Sequence record: NC_135729.1
DNA: 64,000 bases
Reading direction: 5' to 3' (one strand)
DNA from: a phage
Shown here one piece after another: positions 1 to 9,891 of this stretch. A program made the translations under genes and the position numbers. Numbering within the stretch: the first letter of the stretch is position 1; every line of letters starts with the position of its first letter. Under the pieces are notes generated by a model, which was given only the letters and a program-made list of their open reading frames with translations, did no database searches and had not been told where the DNA came from.

Positions 1-344
1 CCAGCCTCAATAACAAACTGGATAGCTTTGGCCCCTGTGTCCCCCATCTGCTTAAGAATAGCCTCTGCACTTGATCCTCTAGCCATAGCTCTCAACAATT
101 TTTCTGTCAAGGTCTGTAGTTGAGTGCTGTGAAATGCAAAAGCTGTCTCCATGAAATTGCGAACAGGCAGCCCGTTCCAACCGAAGTTGTGAATGGCTGC
201 CAATGTTGCCATATTTAAGCCTGACGGGTGAGGTTCGTCATAAAAGCCGTAGGTTATTGTTTTACTTTCAAGTCTCACAAGTTCTTTGTAGAAGCGATCT
301 AAACGCTTTAGGTTGAACTTTGTTTGACATTTAACCTTTAGCAT
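1..344 (-). CDS. hypothetical virion-module protein, partial (C-terminus lies beyond window edge)
   Basis: Minus-strand ORF running off the window edge; ATG at 344 preceded by GAGGGA; absent from ORF track because truncated. Confidence 0.3.
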   Translation of the reverse strand, partial: MLKVKCQTKFNLKRLDRFYKELVRLESKTITYGFYDEPHPSGLNMATLAAIHNFGWNGLPVRNFMETAFAFHSTQLQTLTEKLLRAMARGSSAEAILKQMGDTGAKAIQFVIEA

Positions 345-397
345 TATATCCCTCACTAATGTATTTTACCACAAAGATACATCAAAAGCAACAATTT

Positions 398-1075
398 TTA
401 AAAACTGCGTTTGCGTCTTGGGTGGCGAGGAGGTTGGTTATTTAGACCACTGATAGGTGTAATCCCCTGGACATCGAACGGTCCGTTGCTGTTTTCATTA
501 AATTTAACCCGAATTCCTTCATCTACACGAACACCACCAATGATAATCATTCTGCTGTAAGCATCTAGCTCAGAATCTACATAGTCTGGGTGTGCCAGCA
601 GCCAATCAAGGAAATCTTTCCATTGGGCGTAGGAAGATCCACCACGAATCTCTATGGTCTCATCACCTATTTTTTCCAGACGGGAAGTTATACTTGCATT
701 ACCGCTGGACACTTCCTGCATCATTAGCCACCGCACAAGCTGCACAAGCACATTGTACTTAAGCAGAGGTAGCTTATCAGGGTCTGCCGGATAATTTAGT
801 TTCAACTTCTCCATGTCAAGGAATGTTTTAATTACCTCATCAGGGAGAGTTTCCTCATCAACATTGCCGAGCAACAACCTCATAATATTAATAAGAGGTT
901 GGTCTGGATCAGGTTCCGGAAGTACAGGATCTTCTTTTGGTGGTTCTTCTGGGGTATCGACTACACCATCATGGTTAGGCGGTGACGGGATAATCTCTTC
1001 ATCTTCATACCATGCCATTTGAAAATACCTCGTAAAAATAAAGCCCCATTCCTGATTTGGAAGGGGCCTTAACAA
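398..1075 (-). CDS. hypothetical structural-module protein
   Basis: 225-aa ORF tightly packed in the minus-strand late operon downstream of capsid gene. Confidence 0.45.
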   Translation of the reverse strand: MLRPLPNQEWGFIFTRYFQMAWYEDEEIIPSPPNHDGVVDTPEEPPKEDPVLPEPDPDQPLINIMRLLLGNVDEETLPDEVIKTFLDMEKLKLNYPADPDKLPLLKYNVLVQLVRWLMMQEVSSGNASITSRLEKIGDETIEIRGGSSYAQWKDFLDWLLAHPDYVDSELDAYSRMIIIGGVRVDEGIRVKFNENSNGPFDVQGITPISGLNNQPPRHPRRKRSF

Positions 1076-1077
1076 AA

Positions 1078-1923
1078 TTATGCCAGTGCAGCCTCAAAAT
1101 CTTTCATCATATTTTGGAAAGTTTTTGCCTTACTTAAGGTAACACCGTGCTCTTTGGCGAAGGTTTGGAGTGCATCTTTTGAACCACTTTTGTCATCTTC
1201 GTTGTTAAGAGCTGCGGCCTGCTGCAGTATGGCATCAATATCACTGCGAGAAGATCTTGATTCTTGTGCCTGTTCAGGATCCTGCTCAGTGCCTCCCGGT
1301 GCAGCCGGATCTGGGGATTCTTCACCGTCACCACCAGGTTCAGTAGGACCTACAGGCGGCTCCGGTTCTGGTTCAGGCGGTGGAGCTATCGTAGAAACCA
1401 GTCCAAGATTTACAACCTGAGAACGTTTCTTAGGCCACTCAATGGTGAAAGTTTGGGTATCTTCTTCATAAACAATGTTGCATTGCTCATCGTTTATGGT
1501 CACTTTTTTAGGCATCCCTACAGGGTCCCATAGATGCCCCTCTGCCACGGAAACTTGGAAAGCAGCATCTACCTCTTTAAACACTGACGGGGTGAGGGTG
1601 ATATTGACATCCCCGCTTTGCAGTGTTAAAGTGCTTTCATCAAGGTTCTCTGTGAAGAACAGAAGAATAACACCCATACGGATAGTTGAAATACCAGTAT
1701 CAATTGGCAGGCCTGTATGTTTTGCAATCTTCTCAAAGAAGTCTACAATCGTTCTACATGGATAGTGAACACTGCCAATAACGAATTCTGTTGGTGGCAG
1801 CAGGGCTGATAAACCAACATTGATTTCTGGGTTATATTGTGCTAAAAATTGATAAAAACTTAACTGATTGTTGAAAACTCTTAATAGCGGATCATACTCA
1901 ACTGGATATACGGCTCTCTTCAC
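1078..1923 (-). CDS. hypothetical structural-module protein with Pro/Glu-rich linker
   Basis: 281-aa ORF; PPPEPEPEPP linker between two domains; 3-nt gap to next gene. Confidence 0.45.
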   Translation of the reverse strand: MKRAVYPVEYDPLLRVFNNQLSFYQFLAQYNPEINVGLSALLPPTEFVIGSVHYPCRTIVDFFEKIAKHTGLPIDTGISTIRMGVILLFFTENLDESTLTLQSGDVNITLTPSVFKEVDAAFQVSVAEGHLWDPVGMPKKVTINDEQCNIVYEEDTQTFTIEWPKKRSQVVNLGLVSTIAPPPEPEPEPPVGPTEPGGDGEESPDPAAPGGTEQDPEQAQESRSSRSDIDAILQQAAALNNEDDKSGSKDALQTFAKEHGVTLSKAKTFQNMMKDFEAALA

Positions 1924-1944
1924 GGGACACTCCTGTTAAACCCT

Positions 1945-1979
1945 AATAAATAAAAAGGGGAGGGGAGAACCCCCTCCCC
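1945..1979 (-). terminator. rho-independent terminator after putative capsid gene
   Basis: Perfect GGGGAGGGG / CCCCTCCCC stem followed on minus strand by TTTTTATTTATT. Confidence 0.6.
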
Positions 1980-2003
1980 ATATGGGATGAATCACCTTAG
2001 TGA

Positions 2004-3011
2004 TTATTCACCTTTCAGAGTTGCTTTAACAACCAGCTCTGGACGGGTGTTAACTGCCAGCATGGAAGTTTCAGATTCAATCTTCTCTTCACGCAGGTAT
2101 GCAGAGTGTTTATACCACATATACAGTTCCTGTGCTGGGGTATTTGCTTCGTTAACATCATCTGCCGGAGCAAAGTGCAGCTGGAACATCTGATCAATAC
2201 CCATCGGCAGAATGCGAGCTTCTTTCTTAGGAATATTGCCAGAGATATCTTCGATAAAGGTGATACCTTTATGTTCGAACACACGATAAACGCTGTCCTG
2301 ACCGCCAGCACCCAGACGACGACGCAGAGGTTCCTGAGCAGAGCCGTAGTAGGTGTATGCCAGTTCTACCAGCGGGTGGTGAGTGATTGCACTGAAGAAC
2401 TCAGGAGAGCACAGAGCCACGATACGGTAGCCAGCAGCGTTGTCACCAGCTTGCAGGGCGATATGCAGACGAGCGTCTTCCAGAACTTCCATCGGGTCCT
2501 GATCTGCTTTCGCTGGATCAATTTCTACAGATTTCTGGGACACACCCCACAGAGTGTAGTAATCATACTGACAGGTGGTGTCACCTGGTGCATAGGATTT
2601 ACCCAGAATAGCCTGGAACAGCGCTTTCTCACGCAGTGCTTCATGAGAAACACGGATACGGCGAACAACGCGGGTTACTACGTCCTGAACAGTTTTCGGA
2701 GCATCAGGGGTGAAGTAACGACGGAAGTTCTGAACATCTGCTGCGGTGATGCCTTTGTCCAGAGGGAAGAACGGGATGTTCAGGTTTTTAACCTGAGCAC
2801 GTTCACTACCAACGTAATTACGCTCACCACCACGACGGCGTGCCGGAATGTCGGTTACAACTTCATCAACACGCTCGATCTGAGCAATCGTTGAGGTGCC
2901 GAGACGGGTTTCGAACAGATCCATACCAGTAATCAGTCGGAATTGGCGCGGAACAAGGTCCAGAGTAGCACCTAAATCAACAATGCCAAATTCATCTTTA
3001 CGAGTAATCAT
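2004..3011 (-). CDS. putative major capsid protein
   Basis: 335 aa; sits after portal-scaffold-small protein in lambda-like order; followed by the strongest terminator in the block; no motif-level proof. Confidence 0.5.
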   Translation of the reverse strand: MITRKDEFGIVDLGATLDLVPRQFRLITGMDLFETRLGTSTIAQIERVDEVVTDIPARRRGGERNYVGSERAQVKNLNIPFFPLDKGITAADVQNFRRYFTPDAPKTVQDVVTRVVRRIRVSHEALREKALFQAILGKSYAPGDTTCQYDYYTLWGVSQKSVEIDPAKADQDPMEVLEDARLHIALQAGDNAAGYRIVALCSPEFFSAITHHPLVELAYTYYGSAQEPLRRRLGAGGQDSVYRVFEHKGITFIEDISGNIPKKEARILPMGIDQMFQLHFAPADDVNEANTPAQELYMWYKHSAYLREEKIESETSMLAVNTRPELVVKATLKGE

Positions 3012-3059
3012 TTATTTCTCCAAAGTAAAACTTAAATATTTTCCCGAACAATTTAGGGC

Positions 3060-3449
3060 TTACTCTTCACCAAGAGTCTGGACCTGAACCTTGTTACCCA
3101 GAGCCTCAAGCTTGTCTAACACAGCCTGTTCTGCTTTAGCACCACCAGTTGCCAGCAATTTATCCTTGGCAAAAGTAACACCACGCACAGCAACAACCAG
3201 TTTATATTTCTTTGTGCCAAGAGGTTCAGCGATATGTACTTTACCAGCAGCGTCCGGAATTAAAGCACGATCCACCAGAACGCCATAGGCGTCTGAACCG
3301 TCCTGATTGGCAATGCTACCATCTTTGGTCACAACCGTGCCAGCATGATGGTGCTCTGTCAGTGTAATTTCCATCTCTTTAAAATTGTAGCCAGCATCGC
3401 TAGAATCAACTTTGCCGAGCACGATATCAGAATATTGAGCGGTAATCAT
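3060..3449 (-). CDS. putative head decoration / capsid accessory protein
   Basis: 129-aa ORF between scaffold and capsid genes; assignment by position only. Confidence 0.3.
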   Translation of the reverse strand: MITAQYSDIVLGKVDSSDAGYNFKEMEITLTEHHHAGTVVTKDGSIANQDGSDAYGVLVDRALIPDAAGKVHIAEPLGTKKYKLVVAVRGVTFAKDKLLATGGAKAEQAVLDKLEALGNKVQVQTLGEE

Positions 3450-3469
3450 TTATTTCCCCCGTTAATGTC

Positions 3470-4447
3470 TTATTTGTTAGATTCTGCACGTGCACGAGCA
3501 AGTGCTTTTGCAACGTTTTCAGCAAGAATTTCTTCTGCGGATTTTGCAATATCATCCACAACAGGTTCGCCATCATTACCATGTTCAGTGGTGGCAAACT
3601 CTTCTTTAGTTTTATGCACCTCTGCTTCCAGCTCTTCAATTTTTGCTTGAGCTTTCTCCAGCATAGCTACGATAGGTTCGTTAGCTTTTTCCAGCATGAA
3701 GTCAACCAGTGTTGCGTGATCTTCTTCACCAACAAAGCTTAAAGCTTGAGCCTTAGTCAGCATTTTAGCTTTTTCAACTTCAACCTGGGCCTTGATGATT
3801 TCTTCAGCTTTACTCTGGGTTGCTTTCAGCTCTTCTACTTGCTTCAGCAGATCCAGATACTCTTTAGTTTTGGTTACGTCCACCGGATTCTCCTCGGTAT
3901 TTGCGGATTTTGCAACATCATCCACCTCGGTAGTTTTATCCACCTCAGCAGGTTCCTGTACCGCCTTGATCAGGTTCCCTTCTTTATCGAAGAGATCAGC
4001 GGTTACTTGTTCAAAAATCTGTTGTGTTTTTAACAGACTGTACTGATCTACCACACTAAGCTGCTTGCCTTCTTTTGCAGCCTTATGAATGGTCACGTTA
4101 TCACAACGCTCTTCCAGCCATGCAATACAAGACTCTGCGTCAGCTTGCGCCCATTCCCAATCAGGATGCTCTTTAGCCCAAGCCTCCTCTTCAATCTCAA
4201 AACCAAGCATGTGTGCAAGTGCTTTAGCATCATCATACCACATATCGAAGAAACGACGCAGGTATTCTTCAAAACTAAGCTCCACAGTAACTTGGCGAAG
4301 TGCCTTAACAATATCGTCTGTTAACTGCTCAGGCTTAAGATCACTCTTCATCAAAAGAGATACAGGTCTGTTGTTAGCGCTATAGCCTTGCGCCTTGTGG
4401 CACAGGGCAATCCCCTTCTCTTTAATAGTAATCGTTTTTTCAGACAT
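3470..4447 (-). CDS. putative scaffolding protein
   Basis: 325 aa, strongly acidic, Glu/Lys/Ala-rich predicted coiled coil, between portal and capsid genes. Confidence 0.5.
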   Translation of the reverse strand: MSEKTITIKEKGIALCHKAQGYSANNRPVSLLMKSDLKPEQLTDDIVKALRQVTVELSFEEYLRRFFDMWYDDAKALAHMLGFEIEEEAWAKEHPDWEWAQADAESCIAWLEERCDNVTIHKAAKEGKQLSVVDQYSLLKTQQIFEQVTADLFDKEGNLIKAVQEPAEVDKTTEVDDVAKSANTEENPVDVTKTKEYLDLLKQVEELKATQSKAEEIIKAQVEVEKAKMLTKAQALSFVGEEDHATLVDFMLEKANEPIVAMLEKAQAKIEELEAEVHKTKEEFATTEHGNDGEPVVDDIAKSAEEILAENVAKALARARAESNK

Positions 4448-4866
4448 TATTCATTGCCCTCTTCTACAACACTGATCCCGAAGTTTACGTTGGTAATTTC
4501 ACCAGTTTCTTCATCAACATTACCTGTTGCCTGAATGCTTAGGCCACCAACAATGCCAGCCTTCTTAGCTTCCCATAGTTCAGGATTATTGTATTTAACT
4601 TTAGCAACCCAAGAGCCAGCCTTGATGACCTGCTCAGTGCCAATTACTACAACATCAAACTCTTCTTGAATCCACGTCTTTTCAATGGTGAAAGCATCTG
4701 TAGAGGTCAAGTGGAAAAGGTTCTCAGAAACTAGGCCTGCGGCGTATGCTGCGTCCCAGTTATCTTTGGCCTTTTTGATGGTGTCTTTACTCATCCACTC
4801 ACCGTGAGCATCTTTAGTGTCAGGTTCGTAGATGATTTCGTAGGAAATCATTTCTTCCTGTGGCAT
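4447..4866 (-). CDS. head morphogenesis protein (possible prohead protease)
   Basis: ORF between portal and scaffold; start moved to internal ATG at 4866 with GGGGA Shine-Dalgarno because the track start overlaps the portal gene. Confidence 0.3.
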   Translation of the reverse strand: MPQEEMISYEIIYEPDTKDAHGEWMSKDTIKKAKDNWDAAYAAGLVSENLFHLTSTDAFTIEKTWIQEEFDVVVIGTEQVIKAGSWVAKVKYNNPELWEAKKAGIVGGLSIQATGNVDEETGEITNVNFGISVVEEGNE

Positions 4867-4933
4867 CTTATTCCCCATGTGGATTATTTTATCACGCCAA
4901 AGGAGGTTTTGCAACCCCCTGTGTTGATAATTT

Positions 4934-6490
4934 TTAATTTTCCATGTTGGATATGGAATTATCTCTGGTTGATGACATCTTAGAAGTGCCGTTGCCAGTG
5001 GATCCTGCAGCCATTCCATCACCAGCCCTACTGATGTCCTGGCCCAAGAGCTTCATCAGCTCTTCCTGATCCATGTCCTCGTCAAATCTTTCATCAAACC
5101 CGCCTACTTCAAGAATCTTATTAATTACTGCAGGAGTTTTTGGCAAGTAACCTACAGCACCGATCCTCTGGACAAACTTGGAGAAGCTCTCCATGTCCAC
5201 CTCTTCAATCAGACCAGGTTTCAGTTTAGGCATATCATCATCTTCAAGGATGATACCATTCAATGCCAGAAGCTGTGGAATAAGATCTTTATTGAAGGCC
5301 TCAGTGATAATATCTATATCACGCTGAACAAAATGACCATGGATAGACTGTTTTGACTCAGACAGAGAGAAGGATCCAACGTTATCGTTACCGAGGTTAA
5401 TAAAGCCAGCACCGAAACGGTCAAGAATCGCCTTCTTACGGGCATCAATCAAATCTTTAGTGGAATACTGCTTACCCATACCGTCAACCCCCTTCAGGGT
5501 CATGGAGTAAAGCTCTTTACCAGACTTATCTCTGTCAGACGGAAGTATAAAGAAACTTTGCTCACCACTATGGGCGTTTGCTGCGTCAAGCATAAGGTCT
5601 GCAACCATTCTCCCTTCCATTGAATTCGGGTCAATGCTGGCCTTGTTCAAAATATTGGAAGGAATTTTCAGCTCAAGCACACCACCAAGGTCTTTGGAAC
5701 AGCCAACAACCTCAAGGTTTTCAATCAGAACTTTCTCACGGAAAGATCTGTAGCAACCTATCATCGGTGACACACCTGCAGGGTTAGATTCTGTTCCTGA
5801 CAGGGTCATGAGCATAAGCTTTTTAGCAGGGATGAAAATTTCAGGCTCATTAAAGCCTTTTGAAGGCATTGCAGCAAGAGGTCCAGCCCAGCGTGCATTC
5901 TGAGTGTTTAGAAATGCATTAGGTGACTGATAAATACCTGTCAGTGTTCTACTATTCTTGTCAAAAACAAACGGCTCTGATCTGGACAAACTAGCCTGAG
6001 GTCGGAATGCAATTTTATCAATAAGAAGCATCCCGGCATATTTACCTTCTCTCTCTCTGCGGTATACTTTCTCAAACAGTGAAAAACCATACTCGTTAAA
6101 GGTAGCTGCGCTTCTTGCAATATCTCGAAGAGTTTGTTGGTTTGCCAAATTACGCAAAGAATACTCTATAAGCTCGGCAGCTTTCTTAGAGTCTTCACTT
6201 TTAACATTATAAAGGATCTTAAAATCATTAAATGCTTTCGTGATGAAAACATATTTTGTATCTAAGGCAGTAGCAACTGTGGAATCACATTTCATAGTCT
6301 CCACTGTAGCAATCAGCTGAGGCCAACGCAATTCCTCAACCATCATAGATTGCGACTCTGCCATAATTTGGGAAAGTGCGCCAGAACCGATCTCACTCAT
6401 ACGAACATTATGAGTTGGTGCGCCTGCGTTCCCAGATTTATTCACAGTTTTGGCTGTGGCGTTGTGTTTCCTGCGGTTCTTTTTGGACAC
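4934..6490 (-). CDS. portal protein
   Basis: 518 aa; size and position immediately downstream of large terminase. Confidence 0.65.
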   Translation of the reverse strand: MSKKNRRKHNATAKTVNKSGNAGAPTHNVRMSEIGSGALSQIMAESQSMMVEELRWPQLIATVETMKCDSTVATALDTKYVFITKAFNDFKILYNVKSEDSKKAAELIEYSLRNLANQQTLRDIARSAATFNEYGFSLFEKVYRREREGKYAGMLLIDKIAFRPQASLSRSEPFVFDKNSRTLTGIYQSPNAFLNTQNARWAGPLAAMPSKGFNEPEIFIPAKKLMLMTLSGTESNPAGVSPMIGCYRSFREKVLIENLEVVGCSKDLGGVLELKIPSNILNKASIDPNSMEGRMVADLMLDAANAHSGEQSFFILPSDRDKSGKELYSMTLKGVDGMGKQYSTKDLIDARKKAILDRFGAGFINLGNDNVGSFSLSESKQSIHGHFVQRDIDIITEAFNKDLIPQLLALNGIILEDDDMPKLKPGLIEEVDMESFSKFVQRIGAVGYLPKTPAVINKILEVGGFDERFDEDMDQEELMKLLGQDISRAGDGMAAGSTGNGTSKMSSTRDNSISNMEN

Positions 6491-6592
6491 AAGCTTTACC
6501 CCTCAAAACAGTATAACAAAATAGCCCTCGTGTTAGAGGGCTAGTATCTCCGATTACTCTATTCTACCACATCTAATTAAGATTGGCAACAC

Positions 6593-8140
6593 TTAGATAA
6601 AACGCTTGAACATAGAAGGTGATGAGATTGATGGAATCACACAAGGAAGTGCTACCTCCTCTTTCTCCAGGAAATTAATCGCAGAAGCTACACAGTCGGC
6701 CCAGTCGTCTTTCCTGTTAAATGTTGATCTTTCCCCGTTGAATTTTTCAAGTTCAGTCAGAAATGCTTCCAGAGTATCAGGATGGAAACTGGATTTTACA
6801 ATCCTAACCATTCCTTGTTGGGCAAGATTGGCAAAAGGTGAGAACCTTGTCAGTTTAGATTTGTTGGAAGGCATTGGGTCTTCTTCAACCCTAAACCCTT
6901 CGGCGAGCAAGGATCTGGAGGATGTTAAGAACTCACTCTTACCTGCCTGACCGGGGTCCACAGAGAATACGATTATACAATCATCACCATCAAACTGCGC
7001 CTGTTTCCTGATGATCACATCTCGTTCACCAGCCTTTTTACAGAACTTGCCTTCCAGACCTGTGGAATACCTCCCGTCATCCACGTTCTCAGGACAATAA
7101 TCACCGGACAGGTAATAAAAGCCGTCGCTATCTTTACTTACCTTAACACTGGCGGTAAAGTCAGGAAATTTATTACCGGAAGTTCTCTCGGTTCCTGCCT
7201 TATCCCATGCCCTGCAAGATACTGATCCAAGGGGTACTCTATCGGCATCACGAAGGAAAGATCTTTGAAAATAGTTTGCACCCTCAGGCTTTGCAAACCA
7301 GTTGCCATGAAGAAGCTGGGCTTTTTCAAGCTCGGGCAGACCTTCAAGAAAAGCAAGGTATTCTGGGTTGTCTCTCAAGCAGACAGGATTATCGAAGATT
7401 GTTGCGCCTATAAACGAGAATGACAACGGTCTTGGCTTGATCTCCACACCCAGTCCGTTAACCGTGGTGTATTTCTCTATCAACTCTTCTTTAGAGTCTC
7501 CCCAGATAAATTCACCGTCGCGTCGGATAAAATATCTTTTCTTACCGCATTTCTCCGGATCTGGATACCCTTCATCGTCCAACCACCATCTAACCAGTTT
7601 GGCAAGCATGTGTTCTGAATCTGGGTTACAGCTGATAACCATTCTTGATGGATACTTTGACTGAGATCGCAGACGAGACATCAGATAGTCTATCTGCTCC
7701 CATTCGAACTGCGTTCCCTCATCGAAGCAAACCATGGTGTACTCAAGCCCTTGATGGTTAAGCTTATCTTGTACATACTCCATGTGGCAGTATTTTACAA
7801 CAGCTCCCTTTTTGCTCCTATCCCACTTGCCAGTGTTCGGATCAAACCGTGGAAAAATGAACTTATGATCCTTCTCTCTGAACTTTGGCTTAATGTTTTC
7901 AGGCAGATCACTATAAATAGCTACTGCTTTAGGCCATAGTCCACCCTCACCTTCCAACTGTGGGGTTGTTCTTCGGAACATAACCACAGAGCTGTGGGGG
8001 TCATCAATAATTTTAAGTGGCATCAACTGCAAGAGGAACGACTTGCCAGACCCTGCGGCACCGCCGATTACCAAAATATCTGCATCGTTTTCTAGGATCA
8101 TCTTCTGCTTTTCAGAACACGGTCCGTAAATCTTAGACAT
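6593..8140 (-). CDS. terminase large subunit
   Basis: Walker A GGAAGSGKS near N-terminus; 515 aa; C-terminal nuclease-sized domain. Confidence 0.8.
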   Translation of the reverse strand: MSKIYGPCSEKQKMILENDADILVIGGAAGSGKSFLLQLMPLKIIDDPHSSVVMFRRTTPQLEGEGGLWPKAVAIYSDLPENIKPKFREKDHKFIFPRFDPNTGKWDRSKKGAVVKYCHMEYVQDKLNHQGLEYTMVCFDEGTQFEWEQIDYLMSRLRSQSKYPSRMVISCNPDSEHMLAKLVRWWLDDEGYPDPEKCGKKRYFIRRDGEFIWGDSKEELIEKYTTVNGLGVEIKPRPLSFSFIGATIFDNPVCLRDNPEYLAFLEGLPELEKAQLLHGNWFAKPEGANYFQRSFLRDADRVPLGSVSCRAWDKAGTERTSGNKFPDFTASVKVSKDSDGFYYLSGDYCPENVDDGRYSTGLEGKFCKKAGERDVIIRKQAQFDGDDCIIVFSVDPGQAGKSEFLTSSRSLLAEGFRVEEDPMPSNKSKLTRFSPFANLAQQGMVRIVKSSFHPDTLEAFLTELEKFNGERSTFNRKDDWADCVASAINFLEKEEVALPCVIPSISSPSMFKRFI

Positions 8141-8427
8141 TAACCTCTCTCCTTTGGAAACAGTGTTCTAATATAGTCTTGCAAAATGATCAATTTAGCT
8201 CTATCATTGCTACAAGACAGATTATTATCCCTCATAATGCCAGAGTTCACTGCATCTGGCGCACCTTTCTTCAAAGGCATAGCTTTAGCAGGTGGTTTCA
8301 TGGCACCTTCTGGGGGTTTAACAATCAACCTTCCTACATCTGGAGGGTCAATCTTGTATTCTTTCTCAACACTGGTTGCACACCCACATAATAACAAGCA
8401 CGCAATAAACAGTGTGGCAACTCTCAT
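8140..8427 (-). CDS. o-spanin (Rz1-like outer-membrane lipoprotein)
   Basis: Signal peptide with lipobox-like LLLCGCAT, Pro-rich mature part, 95 aa; overlaps upstream partner by 4 nt. Confidence 0.6.
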   Translation of the reverse strand: MRVATLFIACLLLCGCATSVEKEYKIDPPDVGRLIVKPPEGAMKPPAKAMPLKKGAPDAVNSGIMRDNNLSCSNDRAKLIILQDYIRTLFPKERG

Positions 8428-8822
8428 CGATCCTCCTGATTGATACTCTCATTATAAATATCTATAAGCTGATCAGGAAGTGTTGACTTCTTACCTTCAG
8501 GTGATTGGAGGTAGATAATCTGCTTTTCTCTACCTGCCCTCTCAGCTATATTTAATTTATCCTGCAAATCAGAAAGAGATTTTTCAAGGTTTTTAACCTC
8601 CTCTGCGTGGCCCATTTTAATTTTGTCGGCCTGCTTTTGTTGCTGATCAAGGATCCGTTCCCACTTTAACTCTGTTGCTGACACACCCTCTTGGTAGGCA
8701 TCATTAAGCTTAGAGTTAAACCAATACACGGCCCCAAGATAAGCTGCACCTATAGCCGCTGCAAAAACTAAACCTTTTATGATCCCTCTATACCTACTCA
8801 GCCATGTTAAACCTGAAATCAT
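8424..8822 (-). CDS. i-spanin (Rz-like)
   Basis: N-terminal transmembrane segment then coiled-coil periplasmic domain; 132 aa; coupled to lipoprotein gene. Confidence 0.6.
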   Translation of the reverse strand: MISGLTWLSRYRGIIKGLVFAAAIGAAYLGAVYWFNSKLNDAYQEGVSATELKWERILDQQQKQADKIKMGHAEEVKNLEKSLSDLQDKLNIAERAGREKQIIYLQSPEGKKSTLPDQLIDIYNESINQEDR

Positions 8823-8841
8823 TTTAAGGCTCCAGAAACGA

Positions 8842-8876
8842 AAAAACCCCGCAGCTATACAGCTAACGGGGCGGGT
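8842..8876 (-). terminator. rho-independent terminator
   Basis: CCCCG...CGGGG stem with inner palindrome, followed on minus strand by TTTTTTCG. Confidence 0.55.
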
Positions 8877-8927
8877 TAAAATTGAGTAACCTAAATAGAT
8901 CGAAACTAACTAAAAGGAGACTAATAC

Positions 8928-9197
8928 TTATCGAGGCACTCGGTGGATGATTCTAACAGTAACTGCATTTTCATTCATCAAGTATGCATCTACATCTCTG
9001 TAAATATAAAACTTCTGCTCACTATCAACAACACAAGCTACCGCCCCTTCAGAGTTGTCTTCAAAAAAGACCACCACTGCATCGCAGCTGAGTTCATGAT
9101 ATGACTCTCGAAGATTTACAGCCAGAGGATTGAAATCGTCACGAAAATCTACGGTATGGGTTGGATTTACACGCTCTACAATTTTAAGTGTATACAT
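8928..9197 (-). CDS. hypothetical protein
   Basis: ORF trimmed to ATG at 9197; the track's longer start would run into tRNA-Pro. Confidence 0.4.
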   Translation of the reverse strand: MYTLKIVERVNPTHTVDFRDDFNPLAVNLRESYHELSCDAVVVFFEDNSEGAVACVVDSEQKFYIYRDVDAYLMNENAVTVRIIHRVPR

Positions 9198-9243
9198 TTT
9201 AAAGGTTCCTTTTGTTTGTATATGTTTAAAGTATAACTGAAAG

Positions 9244-9320
9244 TGGTCTCCACGGAGTGATTCGAACACTCGACCTCCTGATCCCAAATCAGGCGCTCTA
9301 CCAAGCTGAGCTACGCGGAG
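9244..9320 (-). tRNA. tRNA-Pro (anticodon UGG)
   Basis: Cloverleaf read by eye on minus strand; anticodon loop UUUGGGA; T-loop TTCGAAT; C1:G72 pair; CCA encoded. Confidence 0.8.
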
Positions 9321-9331
9321 TATCTACTATT

Positions 9332-9406
9332 TGGTGGCCCTGGGTGGAATTGAACCACCGTCTGGCGATTATGAGTCGCTTGCTTGAACCTTCCAGCTAC
9401 AGGGCC
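9332..9406 (-). tRNA. tRNA-Met (anticodon CAU; could be Ile2/lysidine type)
   Basis: Acceptor GGCCCTG/CAGGGCC; anticodon loop CTCATAA; T-arm GGTGG-TTCAATT-CCACC; CCA encoded. Confidence 0.7.
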
Positions 9407-9407
9407 A

Positions 9408-9483
9408 TGGTGCTGATGGCAGGACTTGAACCCGCAACCTATTGATTACAAATCAATTGCACTACCAATTGTGCTACATCAGC
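9408..9483 (-). tRNA. tRNA-Thr (anticodon UGU)
   Basis: Acceptor GCTGATG/CATCAGC; D-arm GCAC-AATTGGTA-GTGC; anticodon loop TTTGTAA; CCA encoded. Confidence 0.8.
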
Positions 9484-9488
9484 AAAAA

Positions 9489-9587
9489 GGTGCTAGGCGG
9501 TGGAATCGAACCACCTATGTATTCAACGACTACCTCGTCTATTTTCAGGATTAAAAATCCTCGCCCTTGCCAAAGGGCTTACCTAGC
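9489..9587 (-). tRNA. atypical tRNA-like element (99 nt; candidate anticodon UUU)
   Basis: Canonical acceptor, D-arm, anticodon-like hairpin and T-arm (GGTGG-TTCGATT-CCACC), but about 29 nt separate anticodon stem and T-stem; ends in CC not CCA. Confidence 0.35.
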
Positions 9588-9685
9588 TCAATATGTTGAC
9601 CATGTTGCTAGTCGGCGATGACGACTGTAACATTTGATAATCCGGTTCTGCTTCCGGCTTTCGCTTAATTGCAAGGTCAACAATG

Positions 9686-9776
9686 TGGCGGAGAGTAATG
9701 GAATCGAACCATCATCGAGTCATCCTCAACGGGACGGTTTTCAAGACCGCTTGAGCACCATTGCTCCCTACCCTCC
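9686..9776 (-). tRNA. tRNA-Ser (anticodon UGA), type II
   Basis: Acceptor GGAGGGT/ACTCTCC; anticodon loop CTTGAAA; long variable arm; 91 nt; CCA encoded. Confidence 0.7.
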
Positions 9777-9891
9777 TTTATAAATTATACTGATAATGAC
9801 ACTGATTTTCGAGCAGTTAGTGACTAGTATAAACGACGATAAATATCAATGCCATTATCTGTATTATTTATGCATCTAAAAAATATAAATT

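Noticed and set aside
398-8140. Antisense and nested track ORFs inside the long structural genes (for example 813-1022, 2106-2894, 3746-4033, 6606-6950, 7368-7664)
   Set aside because: They lie wholly within longer, motif-supported genes on the other strand or frame, lack ribosome-binding sites and break the operon's tight packing; regarded as shadow ORFs. The same reasoning was applied to shadow ORFs inside nrdA, nrdD, the DNA ligase and other large genes.
9588-9685. Possible additional tRNA in the gap between the aberrant tRNA-like element and tRNA-Ser
   Set aside because: No T-loop (GTTCGA-type) or acceptor-stem complementarity could be found on either strand; only two short hairpins are present.
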